From a virus (lineage: Duplodnaviria > Caudoviricetes): 26,503 bases of DNA. This document shows, piece after piece, positions 8,801 through 18,000 of the stretch. Position 1 is the first letter of the stretch. Each line of letters begins with the position of its first letter. The stretch is taken from positions 1 to 26,503 of the IMG/VR virus record IMGVR_UViG_3300030105_002953; one strand, 5' to 3'. A program made the position numbers and the translations under genes. Under the pieces are notes generated by a model. The model was not told the origin of the DNA. It made no database searches and was given only the letters and a program-made list of their open reading frames with translations.

Positions 8801-9329
8801 GCCGAGTGACGCTATTATCCAACCAGGTCAAGCCCAATTCCAAAATGGTTGGCAATTTGCTGGACAATCAACTTGGATAGGTAGGTCTGTAAGTGTACCA
8901 GGAGGTGATGATAGTGTTGAGTTGGTGCCACGATTAGCCAGTGGTGATACAATAAACCCTTCAGCTGAACATTTTAGACAATGTATAGTTGAGGTTAATA
9001 ATAATACATCCCAGATAGTACCATTCTTTCCTTGGGATAAAAACGGACCTGGTTTAGGTTCAAATCAAACGGAGTATGGTGACTTCGCGACATCTGAAAA
9101 CGAAATAGCTTTTGGTAATATACAAGATATATTTACTTGGCAGACACAAGGGGGTTCACCATTACCAACAACACCAATAACAGTAAATCAAACCTCGCCT
9201 ATATTGTCTTTAGGCATGGGGTATCATTATTATTTTGGTTTAATACCTGGAGCAACTTCTTACGACACTTTCGTTAGGAAATATGTCCCATTAGTTAAAG
9301 AACAAACAGACGACTACGTAGTTTTATAA
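5838..9329 (+). CDS. Large putative baseplate/tail protein with N-terminal beta-sandwich (carboxypeptidase-regulatory-like) domain, central membrane-type hydrophobic segment and Cys-rich region
   Basis: 1163-aa ORF. GRVLVNGGFGLPNAKISVF...AKTNDSGDFMIYGVPLGEHTL resembles a prealbumin-like fold. Hydrophobic aa 530-577 are followed by RRKRK and a Cys cluster. Function is inferred from context. Confidence 0.7.
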   Translation: MLKSLRVRTEIGVDKEITLDLNQDFDLLEILSLRLHQTDVYPKDCSDYGVVCGRVLVNGGFGLPNAKISVFVPLDDKDGENPVISALYPYKTQNYRNEEGYRYNLLSSVPNYKGHQHTGSFPAIDDALLNQEVSYVYDKYYKYTAKTNDSGDFMIYGVPLGEHTLVMNLDLSDIGCFSMVPEDFKIQGEPDSSFNGAEFNTDSNLDALPQIVMLSKSVDIKPLWGDVESGCGATITRTDFDLRESGSVEIKPTAVFMGSLVTDTERSSVNKNCKPKRDMGELCNLSPAQGSLESIRYTPYFKEDVRPSGYTNMPSQTELVPVLERYDINGGYTIDENGAFLVNVPMNLEFVITNEFGEQEISKKPGVGIPTKGKYRFRIKPLETTGSARQRKRGAFLVPQIKEHAIFGVDFANTFPYNILGITPGQTTITDEKTYAFSVNYYDYAEAAVDSGDILSCNDVFYEFNYSKVYTLTSFHNHWKHRAKDGFIGIKEISPRQEESCAGQAAPFPINSANKNVNFAIVMNQFVTRMLQGLYTMLYFVMVLVCTIVAIIMIIVDVIYGIIMVIICVLCNVIYVWSRRKRKSKCNCGTCPCKQIGGLGISCNDIFGCLFLRLTKYPECDKCGCFSSAKSGSANQDCCGGLSGCDDEGNDDNDFLECNSPTNTDKALKSGCYSIDWDNIFSAISSIFSSEPTKIAMIIDWRKRENLFRSMCDGLMNYFWSNNYVGGVLYAFQFRAKIRPSQIEGKYRSQHCEEVVFFHTKDQQYYYRCTPYEYDYATGLGTFRGSTFLDVSRPPLVSFLLGGPIGLLANVANGAEKAAGANTRNLHWPTTIMDLGPVKTNIGEVCTNEGGASESCSVAPSIATTTFNSAGDFLFDSINEIVNFNSGFFDSISLRTPFKRNESASEAGRRRELNGGMASILSQFNEIGVVEYETPDTAEVKYFASLCNVPDCNPATTYTAENMGWDYAPAGGNTHPGGGGATMWDTSWPSDAIIQPGQAQFQNGWQFAGQSTWIGRSVSVPGGDDSVELVPRLASGDTINPSAEHFRQCIVEVNNNTSQIVPFFPWDKNGPGLGSNQTEYGDFATSENEIAFGNIQDIFTWQTQGGSPLPTTPITVNQTSPILSLGMGYHYYFGLIPGATSYDTFVRKYVPLVKEQTDDYVVL

Positions 9330-9330
9330 T

Positions 9331-11067
9331 ATGAGATATCCAGAAAATTTACACATAGTTAGAGGCTCCCAAAAATATATTGGAGCTCAAGATAAAAACT
9401 TAAGAGTTCCTTATACTTTAGAATCTACCACTAGAACTTTAATTGAGGGTGAAAGAAATTTAGTACTAAACTTAGCAGACCAATATGTGAGAGAAAGAGA
9501 AGAAAGTTATTTATACAGGTTATATGGTAAGATAAATGTTTTATACGATAATATTATTTCTGGTTGTAGTTATGACCCACTATTTGTTTCTAACCATCTA
9601 TATTACGACCCTATAGTACCATCAGCGTCTACAGTAGCATGTGGATACCCATCCAGTCAATTCTTCGATTTTATACCAACAACAGGACTAACCTCAGCAC
9701 ATAACTTCCAAGAAGTAAATGCAAAAAAAAATAATTGGGTAATATCCCAATCCTACATAAATGGTTCTATAAAAGACCAACCATTTGAATATACTATTTC
9801 TACAAAAGACGACCTTGGTGTGGTAAGTTACTCCGGAATAACATACGAATCAGGTGACGGAATACCGTTTTTTGTTGAAAACGTTAAAGTACAAGGTAAA
9901 AGTGCGGTTAAATTTACCAGCCCTGTAAATCATGGTTTAAATGAAGGTGAGTATGTTGTTCTACAAACAGGTGGTGCTATATCACCAATGGGTGGTGTTA
10001 ATTTAGTAACTAGTTTAAACGGTAAAACTACCTTAGCTGTTTTTTCATTAGGTGATGAAACGTTAGGTAGTGAAGATAAAGTATTTACGGTATTACTACA
10101 AGACTCTACACTAACAATCACCGATAGTGATTTTGGAGTTTTTAAAAGACTTATAGACCCAGATAATGTTAGTGAAACACTATCAGACTACTATATCCAC
10201 TCACATAGAATCATAACAAAACCAACTGATGATGTTTTAGATAGAGCTGGTTTTGAATTTGGTATTTTTTCTAAAAAAGAAAAAAACTTTAGAGACGAAA
10301 ATGCACCAACCCTAGGGTTACAACATATAGTAAATAAGTGTGAGTATAAATCATATTTATGGAATTTTAATAATGATTTAGATGTTAGTGATTATTCTGA
10401 TAATTTAGGGAGACCTCTTTTAGATTTATATTTAAGTATTTTTGCTGTTAATGAAAGTAGAATTTGGAAAACTAAAAGTGGTAGTCCGGTTGGTGTTGGT
10501 TGGAACTGGAACTTTAAACCAACAGGAATAGTAGACCCGTACCCAAATAATAATATAGAACCTAACCTTACAACTCCTTGGAACTTACCACAAAGTGGTG
10601 ATACCTTTATGGGTGCTTTTGTTGAATATAATAAATGGGATTTAGGTGAAAGAATAGTTTCTGAAATTTACCATAAACTAACCTATAATGATGTGTTTAC
10701 TGATGGATTTTCTTTTTATGATTCTGGTTTACAAGGTGATAGTTTTGACGAAATACAAGGTGGGTTCTATTATCAACCACACCACAGAATACCTATTAGA
10801 AAATTATCAGAAGCACCAGCAGTTCACAATAATTTTGAATTTGTATCTCAGTACGCGACATATTCTATGTACGAAAACCAATTTAGGTGGAGAGAAATGT
10901 TACCGATAGGGTTTTACGAATCAGAAAGTAACGGTGTAAATTACCCATTTGTTAATGGAGCACACTACCCATATACTAACATACAGTTTAAACTCAACCC
11001 AATAGTAATCGATAAAGATTACCTAACACCACCTTATGTAACTTTACCGGCAGATGACTGTGAATAG
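9331..11067 (+). CDS. Hypothetical virion structural protein (578 aa)
   Basis: Long ORF coupled to its neighbours. FTSPVNHGLNEGEYVVL resembles the HGL..G..V small beta-barrel motif common in phage tail proteins. Confidence 0.7.
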   Translation: MRYPENLHIVRGSQKYIGAQDKNLRVPYTLESTTRTLIEGERNLVLNLADQYVREREESYLYRLYGKINVLYDNIISGCSYDPLFVSNHLYYDPIVPSASTVACGYPSSQFFDFIPTTGLTSAHNFQEVNAKKNNWVISQSYINGSIKDQPFEYTISTKDDLGVVSYSGITYESGDGIPFFVENVKVQGKSAVKFTSPVNHGLNEGEYVVLQTGGAISPMGGVNLVTSLNGKTTLAVFSLGDETLGSEDKVFTVLLQDSTLTITDSDFGVFKRLIDPDNVSETLSDYYIHSHRIITKPTDDVLDRAGFEFGIFSKKEKNFRDENAPTLGLQHIVNKCEYKSYLWNFNNDLDVSDYSDNLGRPLLDLYLSIFAVNESRIWKTKSGSPVGVGWNWNFKPTGIVDPYPNNNIEPNLTTPWNLPQSGDTFMGAFVEYNKWDLGERIVSEIYHKLTYNDVFTDGFSFYDSGLQGDSFDEIQGGFYYQPHHRIPIRKLSEAPAVHNNFEFVSQYATYSMYENQFRWREMLPIGFYESESNGVNYPFVNGAHYPYTNIQFKLNPIVIDKDYLTPPYVTLPADDCE

Positions 11068-11983
11068 AATAAGAATATTAAGAAGTGATACTGATAAAAA
11101 AGTAACAGTACCGATAGCTAATGATTTTGACGAATCTTTGGGTAGGGAACAATTAATTAAATTGTATGAAAGGTCAGAAATGCAGGATAATATTAATATT
11201 ACCCAAGACTTTGAAACCACTAGATACTCACCTAAAACAGAACACCCAGATAAACATATATTTTATGATATGCAATTTAGTATGGTTTCTGAAGCAACTG
11301 GTGACCCTTTAGATTATATCCCAGATTATTCAGTTGTTGGTATAAGTCATCCCGACATTGTAGCTAGAAAGGGTAATTTTACTAGAAGTTTTTTTAAATT
11401 TGATTTTTATGATACACCAGACCCACAAAGACAAAGATTATATTTTTCTATAGTAAATCCAGTTAATAATGGTAAAAGTTTTTCAGAAACGGGATTATAT
11501 TCTTCACTACTAGAAATAATTAACGACCCAACATCCATCAATTACGACCCACTAGCTTTTAGGGATGCCGAAATAAATGATTTACAGGATGGTACCTACG
11601 ATGGACCACCATATTATTACGATAATTTAGAATCTTCTAGATTTGAATTTTCATCTATAGGTAGAAATACTGAAAATTATTACATACAATGGTTAAAAAA
11701 TAGAGACTTAGTAAAATATAATGTCTTTTATATGTCATGTAAATTTTTTAATGCTGACACAGGAAAAGTGCATAAATTTATAAATAAAATACAACCAATA
11801 AACACTTACAATTTAAGTATACCGGAATATTATTACTATCAGTTAACCTTTGACCCAATAAAATTTACATATATGTTTAACGACTATGATATAAATTTAT
11901 ATAACGCTAATAATGGATTGGGTCCTCAAGTGGGTGGAGATTTTACTACACCTATAAAGTTCTATGAATACGTAAACCCATAA
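11054..11983 (+). CDS. Hypothetical virion structural protein (about 309 aa)
   Basis: Aromatic/beta-rich ORF (RSFFKFDFYDTP, FYMSCKFFNADTG) overlapping both neighbours. The true start may be GTG 11060, which has A at -3. Confidence 0.7.
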   Translation: MTVNRIRILRSDTDKKVTVPIANDFDESLGREQLIKLYERSEMQDNINITQDFETTRYSPKTEHPDKHIFYDMQFSMVSEATGDPLDYIPDYSVVGISHPDIVARKGNFTRSFFKFDFYDTPDPQRQRLYFSIVNPVNNGKSFSETGLYSSLLEIINDPTSINYDPLAFRDAEINDLQDGTYDGPPYYYDNLESSRFEFSSIGRNTENYYIQWLKNRDLVKYNVFYMSCKFFNADTGKVHKFINKIQPINTYNLSIPEYYYYQLTFDPIKFTYMFNDYDINLYNANNGLGPQVGGDFTTPIKFYEYVNP

Positions 11984-14900
11984 TGGAAATTTATAAATAT
12001 AAAATATGGACTGGTAATATACCAGGTAGTTACACAAAACCGTGTGAAGATAAAAAGTTAGTGGGGCCTTTAAGAAACGTCCCATCAACCCCAATACCTA
12101 TTTCATCTGATTGTCAGGCGTGTAACGATTTGGGTAACGCACAAACAGTCATAGACTATTGTTTAGATTGTTATGCCGGTTCTTTAAACGCTTGTTGTCC
12201 TGATAATAACACAAATTGTTGTGGGTTAATTATAGATGATTGTGAACAATTTTATGCTTTACCTTTTGAAAAACAAAATGACTACTGTCTTGGTTGTAAT
12301 GACGTAAAACAAAAGTCTAAACATAAAAAGTTTACAGATAAAGCTTTTCCGTTAACACCAAAACAATCTAGTAGTAAATCTACAGACCCAAACAATTGGT
12401 GTAAGTGTTGTAACAGAGCGGGTAGGGATAATAATGACTCACAATTAGCTATACTTTTAGACCAGGACTTAAACGATATTGGACACTATTCTATGTGGGA
12501 TGGTGAGATGGAACAACAAGATACTTTTTCTAATTTTACTGTTATTGGTGATACAATTAACGACCACATGGTTAGTTTAAGAAATAGTACTGAATTTAGG
12601 TTTTTTAAATTTTTAGAAGATATACAATACACTGTAGATTGGGGTGACCCTCTAAGTCCACCTACTACAGTTACAGCACCACTAGATACGGTAATTAATA
12701 TTTATACCAATCCCGGTGTTTATACTATAAATGTTAGGATGAGTGGACCTTGGGGTACCAGTTCGGTATCACATCAAGTAGCCATCCCATTTCAAACAGG
12801 AGCTCAATTATGGGCGGGTGTTGCTAATACAGGTCAAACATATACATTTACACCACCAGGGTTCTCAACACCAGTAAGTATGGATTACGAAACTTCTGAC
12901 TGGGGACCATTAGATAGTGGGTTAGAAATAGATGGTTATTTAACATCTAACTATGGGGTAACACCCTATCCAGTGGAGGGGGTCACAGATAGTATGATAT
13001 CTTCTTTACAATCTTATAATAGTAATTCAGACCCAGGATTACCACCTGGATACACTTTTAATACTACGATTAGTGTGGCTGGAGAATCATTATTACCAGA
13101 TGGTACTTACGTAGATAATTTACAAGGTCATATACAAAATGTAGTCCCTACAGGTACAGCTTACACAATTACAAATGGTACAGAGATATTCGATATGTTT
13201 GACCACGTAAACGGTATTACAACCTTTGTAACCCAAGGATGGGGAATGAGTATAGACGATTTTTTAACCAGAAAATGTGGGTATTCTTTACAGGGGGCTT
13301 GTGATGTTTGTAATGGTGACCAAATATATTATTTATCATCTTCTTATATAACACAAAGTGTGACTAATGATAGGGGCGTCTGGGATGTTGATGAAGAATA
13401 CGAGCCAATGGACTATGTTTTTCATGATGGGTGTTGTTATTTCGCTATTAGTGTTATATCTTCTGGTGGAAACCCACCAGACTTACTGGACGTAAACTCA
13501 ACTTTTTGGAGGGTGTGTCAAGGTTCGTGTGTCGTTGAAGACCAATTACCATCAAGATACAATTGTATAGACGGTACTTGTGTCTTAATTTCACCTACAA
13601 GTACCTACTACAATAATGCTACCTTTGTGGGTAGCCCACAAACTACAGCTAACGCGTTAAGTGATTGTGTAAATAATCCATGTACCCCAACAAGTGGGCC
13701 TGATATGCATTATGAATGTGATGAAGGAGCGTGTGTACAAGTTTCACCGTTAGCTGGTAACTACGGGACATGTACATATCAAGGGGCAACCGCTTTAACG
13801 GATTGTCAAGTAGATGTGCTTAATGGAGATTGTACTACCACAAACATTCAATATAATTGTGTGTTTGATAGTACAACCAATACATCTAGTTGTCAACCGA
13901 CACCATCTGGATTTTATCCTGATTTAGGTAGTTGTAATGATAATTGTGGTGGGTCTACAAATGTCTTTGATTGGTATTGTGTGGATAACAGTGGTACCAA
14001 CAGTTGTCAAGGTGTACAACAAATTGGTGGTGTACCCGGACCAATACCTGGTAATGCTACAACAGGTATAGCCAACGCAACATTTGATGATTGCCAATCT
14101 GATTGTTTAAATAATCTTCCTGAGTGGTTCTGTATGTGTAATACTACACTAAATGGAGTTCAGGTACCATTAACTTCTGGTACTTTTGGTGGTCAATATT
14201 GTGTTAGTATGACTAATTCTGGTGTGTCAGGTGGTTTTGGTGACCAACTAGATTGTGAACAAAATTGTTTATCTTGGGAATGTGATGAAGTTAATGGTGA
14301 CTGTACTGGATATGACGCTCAGGGTTCAACACAAGGAAGTTTTTGTGCTGAAAATGGTAATATTTCGGGTGGTGGTACAGAAGTGTTTGTCAACCCAACC
14401 CCAGCAGCTTTAGATATTGAGGGTTGTAATGTCAATTGTGAAGAAATGAGTAGTTGGATGTGTATAGGTGGTGATTGTACACAAATTTATGTTAATTCAT
14501 CACCCGACCCAATAAATCCACTACATGTTGCTATGGGTGGTACACTAATTAACTACACAACTATGACGGCTATTCTAGACAATTGTGATGGGGCCGATGA
14601 GATTGCTTGTAATTCCAGTCTATTAACACAATGTGGACAAGGTTGTGGACCTTGTGCTGCGAACCCTAGTTCACAATGGCCATTTACATATTATGACCCG
14701 GCATACCCTTACTTATATTATGATGTAACTATTTCCGCACCATATGGGGGGAGTACAAACCCAGGTGACAGTCAGTTTAAATATTACTACGACCCAAGTC
14801 CAGTTTGTGACGATTTAGGAACATTTGTAATCACTAGTGGTCCTTGGGTGGGCATACATGATTGTGGTGTTCAGTCAGTAATAGATACTTGTCAGAATTT

Positions 14901-15039
14901 ATCTAACAATGGTAGTGCTGACCACCCATGTACGGTATATGCGTGTAATACACCACCATTAATTAACGAAACACCACCTAATAACGCAGCAGATTCGAAA
15001 TTAACCTCAGGGACATGTTGGGCACCTTGTGATGGATAA
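11983..15039 (+). CDS. Cys-rich putative tail appendage/adhesin with PKD-like domain, CBM5/12-like motif and seven 4-Cys repeats
   Basis: 1018 aa with about 63 Cys by manual count. PKD-like YTVDWGD...YTNPGVYTINV (about 12628-12735), W.....Y...D.V...G..Y.A motif (13372-13518), repeats at 13558-14646. No signal peptide. Confidence 0.7.
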   Translation: MEIYKYKIWTGNIPGSYTKPCEDKKLVGPLRNVPSTPIPISSDCQACNDLGNAQTVIDYCLDCYAGSLNACCPDNNTNCCGLIIDDCEQFYALPFEKQNDYCLGCNDVKQKSKHKKFTDKAFPLTPKQSSSKSTDPNNWCKCCNRAGRDNNDSQLAILLDQDLNDIGHYSMWDGEMEQQDTFSNFTVIGDTINDHMVSLRNSTEFRFFKFLEDIQYTVDWGDPLSPPTTVTAPLDTVINIYTNPGVYTINVRMSGPWGTSSVSHQVAIPFQTGAQLWAGVANTGQTYTFTPPGFSTPVSMDYETSDWGPLDSGLEIDGYLTSNYGVTPYPVEGVTDSMISSLQSYNSNSDPGLPPGYTFNTTISVAGESLLPDGTYVDNLQGHIQNVVPTGTAYTITNGTEIFDMFDHVNGITTFVTQGWGMSIDDFLTRKCGYSLQGACDVCNGDQIYYLSSSYITQSVTNDRGVWDVDEEYEPMDYVFHDGCCYFAISVISSGGNPPDLLDVNSTFWRVCQGSCVVEDQLPSRYNCIDGTCVLISPTSTYYNNATFVGSPQTTANALSDCVNNPCTPTSGPDMHYECDEGACVQVSPLAGNYGTCTYQGATALTDCQVDVLNGDCTTTNIQYNCVFDSTTNTSSCQPTPSGFYPDLGSCNDNCGGSTNVFDWYCVDNSGTNSCQGVQQIGGVPGPIPGNATTGIANATFDDCQSDCLNNLPEWFCMCNTTLNGVQVPLTSGTFGGQYCVSMTNSGVSGGFGDQLDCEQNCLSWECDEVNGDCTGYDAQGSTQGSFCAENGNISGGGTEVFVNPTPAALDIEGCNVNCEEMSSWMCIGGDCTQIYVNSSPDPINPLHVAMGGTLINYTTMTAILDNCDGADEIACNSSLLTQCGQGCGPCAANPSSQWPFTYYDPAYPYLYYDVTISAPYGGSTNPGDSQFKYYYDPSPVCDDLGTFVITSGPWVGIHDCGVQSVIDTCQNLSNNGSADHPCTVYACNTPPLINETPPNNAADSKLTSGTCWAPCDG
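13558..14646 (+). repeat. Seven degenerate protein-level repeats [YW]xC-x(4-22)-C...C-x(3-8)-C
   Basis: YNCIDGTC..SDCVNNPC; YECDEGAC..TDCQ..GDC; YNCVFD..SSC..GSCNDNC; WYCVDN..NSC..DDCQSDC; WFCMC..QYC..LDCEQNC; WECDEVNGDC..EGCNVNC; WMCIGGDC..TQCGQGC. Confidence 0.8.
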
Positions 15040-15058
15040 AATAAAAAAAATATAAGAT

Positions 15059-18000
15059 ATGCCAAATACAGCACCATGGAGTTCAGTAGAACTTAACAGT
15101 GAAGGACCCAACGCTGTCGCACCAGTTAATAGTGGGATAGGGGCAAAAGTAGGTATTGTGGGTAGAGTTGTTTTGGGTACAACCCAGGACCCGTCTTGCC
15201 CGTTTGGTCAATGTTGTCCGGTTATTAACTCAACCATAGGTTGTTTCGCTATGCAAAATTCATTATTTGTAGATTGGAATGAGCAATTCCTTAATAATAC
15301 AAATACTAACACCAACTTTAATGGTTGTACGGGTTACGGAAATGGATTGGGATGTACCGTAAGTTCAACATGTCCTAATGGAAATTGTGCTCAGGGAGAG
15401 TATTATAATGCATTACCAAATATAAACTACAACACAGGTTTTCCTGGAGCACAATGGTTAATTGTTGCTGGAATTGGAAATCCTGGTGTGATAGATGGTT
15501 GTGTTGAAATTATAGATATTGTTGATGAAACTACTTGGAACACAGGACAAGTTACCTGTCCAACAGATTTTGTGGATGGTGACGGTAATTCACATCCAGG
15601 TGGTACATCTATTAATTATAAAGATTTAAATCTACATGCGATAGGTGGTGACCCAATAACTGTAGTAGAAACAAATTGTAATAGTTGTGTTGATAATGTA
15701 TTAGGTTGTACAGACCCTTTTGCAATCAACTACCATTTTAACTGTGCTGCAGCACCAGTAACACCAACACTAGACGATGGTTGTTGTATATACCCAGGAT
15801 GTCCAGATTCCAGTGCTTTAAATTGGACACCACCAAATATAAATGGGTGTGGTACAATATCAAACGGTTCTTGGGTTACTGGAGGACCAACAGATACTAG
15901 TTGTTGTAACTACCCAGGTTGTAGTGATAATACTACCATACCATGTGATATAGGAACACCAATAATCACACCAAGTGGTCCTATACCAGGACCATTAGGT
16001 TGTGTAGCTAATTATGGTGATGATTGTTATGGGAATTTGGTGATTATACCGGCAACTGGTGGTAATTTGGTACCACCAAACCCATCTACTTGTTGGACCA
16101 ATGACTGTTATTATGTAGGTTGTACAGACATGGACGCTATTAACTATAACTCAGCTGCTCATGGTTGTGAGTTCCCAATACCAGACGGGATAGGGTGTTG
16201 TGATTATTTAGGGTGTGAAGATATAACAGCTGTAAATTATGGGTTGTCTTGTGATGGCTCGTTTAATGTGGTTACGGATAAAAACACAATACCATATGGG
16301 CCGTGTGTACCAGATAATTGTATAGACCCACTAATTCAAGGGTGTATGGATGATGGTTGTTGTGTTGATGGTACAAGTATTCTAGTAGACCCAACACCAC
16401 TACCAGTTGGTTGTACACCTGGAATTGATTGTGTTTGTGACAATGGGTTACACCTCTGCCCACCAGTTAGTGGACCTTCAGTTAACAGTAATTTTCCAAC
16501 TGGTTGTATACCCGGAATTGATTGTGTGGGTTGTAATCATGACCCAGACGCTGAGGAACATGTCCCAAATATGTGTACATGTGAAGGTGGGTATGTCTGT
16601 AATATAGATAACAATCCAAGTTGTACACCAAGTGTGGATTGTTGTATAGATATCTATACATCACCAATAATTGCTCCATATGACTGGTCACTACCTAATA
16701 TGTTTGGTCCTTGTAATGACTCAACATCTTGTGCTGCAGAATTAGCTAATTGTAATCTAACTTGTGGACCACAAGATTTGGAGGAATGTGCTATTTTTAT
16801 GAATGATAAGGAGGGTAATGTATATTTTTATGGACCACCCGACACAAACCCAAACCAACTAACACAATTATTTAAAGATGATATGTTTGATGAAAATGCT
16901 GCAGGAAAAGATACTTCTGGTTCTTGGGATATAGCTAATACTGCTGATAAATTATGGTTATATAGTTGTAGGGTACAAGATGGTAATTATGATGATGTTT
17001 TTGATGGTTTTATGCCTGATGGTGTGACAGATAGAAATAAAGGACTTATAAGGGAGTATGATATAACATTAAATCCATTTACTGTTGGTGGTTCTGGTGC
17101 TATACCAGTTATAAATCCAGTATTTAGTAGAGATATTGATATTACTGATATATGTTCTAACGGTTACACAGACATTTTGTTGACAGGGGTTAATGACAAT
17201 ACTGACCCACTTTATCATGTAGGTAATGGTTTGGTAGCGAAAGATAATAATACCTTAATAGCTGCGGGTAAAAAAGTTATAGAAATAGACATAACTACTA
17301 ATACAGGTGTGGAAACTGAATTATTTACACTACCTAACCTAACATACCCATCAATCGATGCTACAACATCATTTTCTGGTTATAGTATTGGTGATATAAT
17401 ATATGATAGTGGGACGGGTGATATAATTCTTACTTACACTGACGGATTTATAGGTAATCCAGGTAGAGTTGGTAAATTTAGTCAAACTGCGATGGGTGGT
17501 GCACAAATGGGGTTGACATCCGGAGGACCTTCATCCTGGTACGAAGCTCAAGTACAAAGTTACCCAACCCTACCTTACCTATTCGGGTTATTTACTTGGG
17601 AAATTGGTACTACGTTAAATTGGTACGCTTCTCAAGCAGCAATAAATGGAGCGGAAGTTTTTGATTTGGACATTAGTACTTTGGGTATTAACCCATCGTT
17701 ACCGATAGGTAATATCACCACAGTTTCTTCGGGTTACGTTTCTAATCCCATATTCGGAGCGTCACAAAAAGATAAATGTACACCATTGGAAATCTATTGT
17801 TGTACGGACCCAACAGCTTTAAATTTTGTGTCTGTAGATTGTATAGATGATGGTAGTTGTATATACCCATCAGAAGGTAGAGGAGGTTGTATGCCTAGAT
17901 TAACAAAAGAAGAGTTTTTAATGAACGTAGTTCAGAAACCAGAAACACAGTCAGATGTATTTATTGAAAGAGGCAAAGTTTCAGTTTTTGAAAGACCACA

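Noticed and set aside
11065-11067. Stop-codon reassignment (only one gene ends in TAG, the rest in TAA)
   Set aside because: Genes are full-length under the standard code, and reading through this TAG adds only six more codons before TGA. TAA preference fits the AT content.
15037-15061. Readthrough or frameshift joining the two Cys-rich ORFs via the A8 run
   Set aside because: It would require both TAA readthrough and a frame change. The spacer looks like an ordinary A-rich initiation region with its own ATG.
16408-16527. Near-identical repeat pair as a DGR template/variable repeat or CRISPR remnant
   Set aside because: Only 27 nt and two copies, both in frame within a gene. Mismatches are C/T rather than adenine-specific, and no reverse transcriptase or cas gene is in the window.
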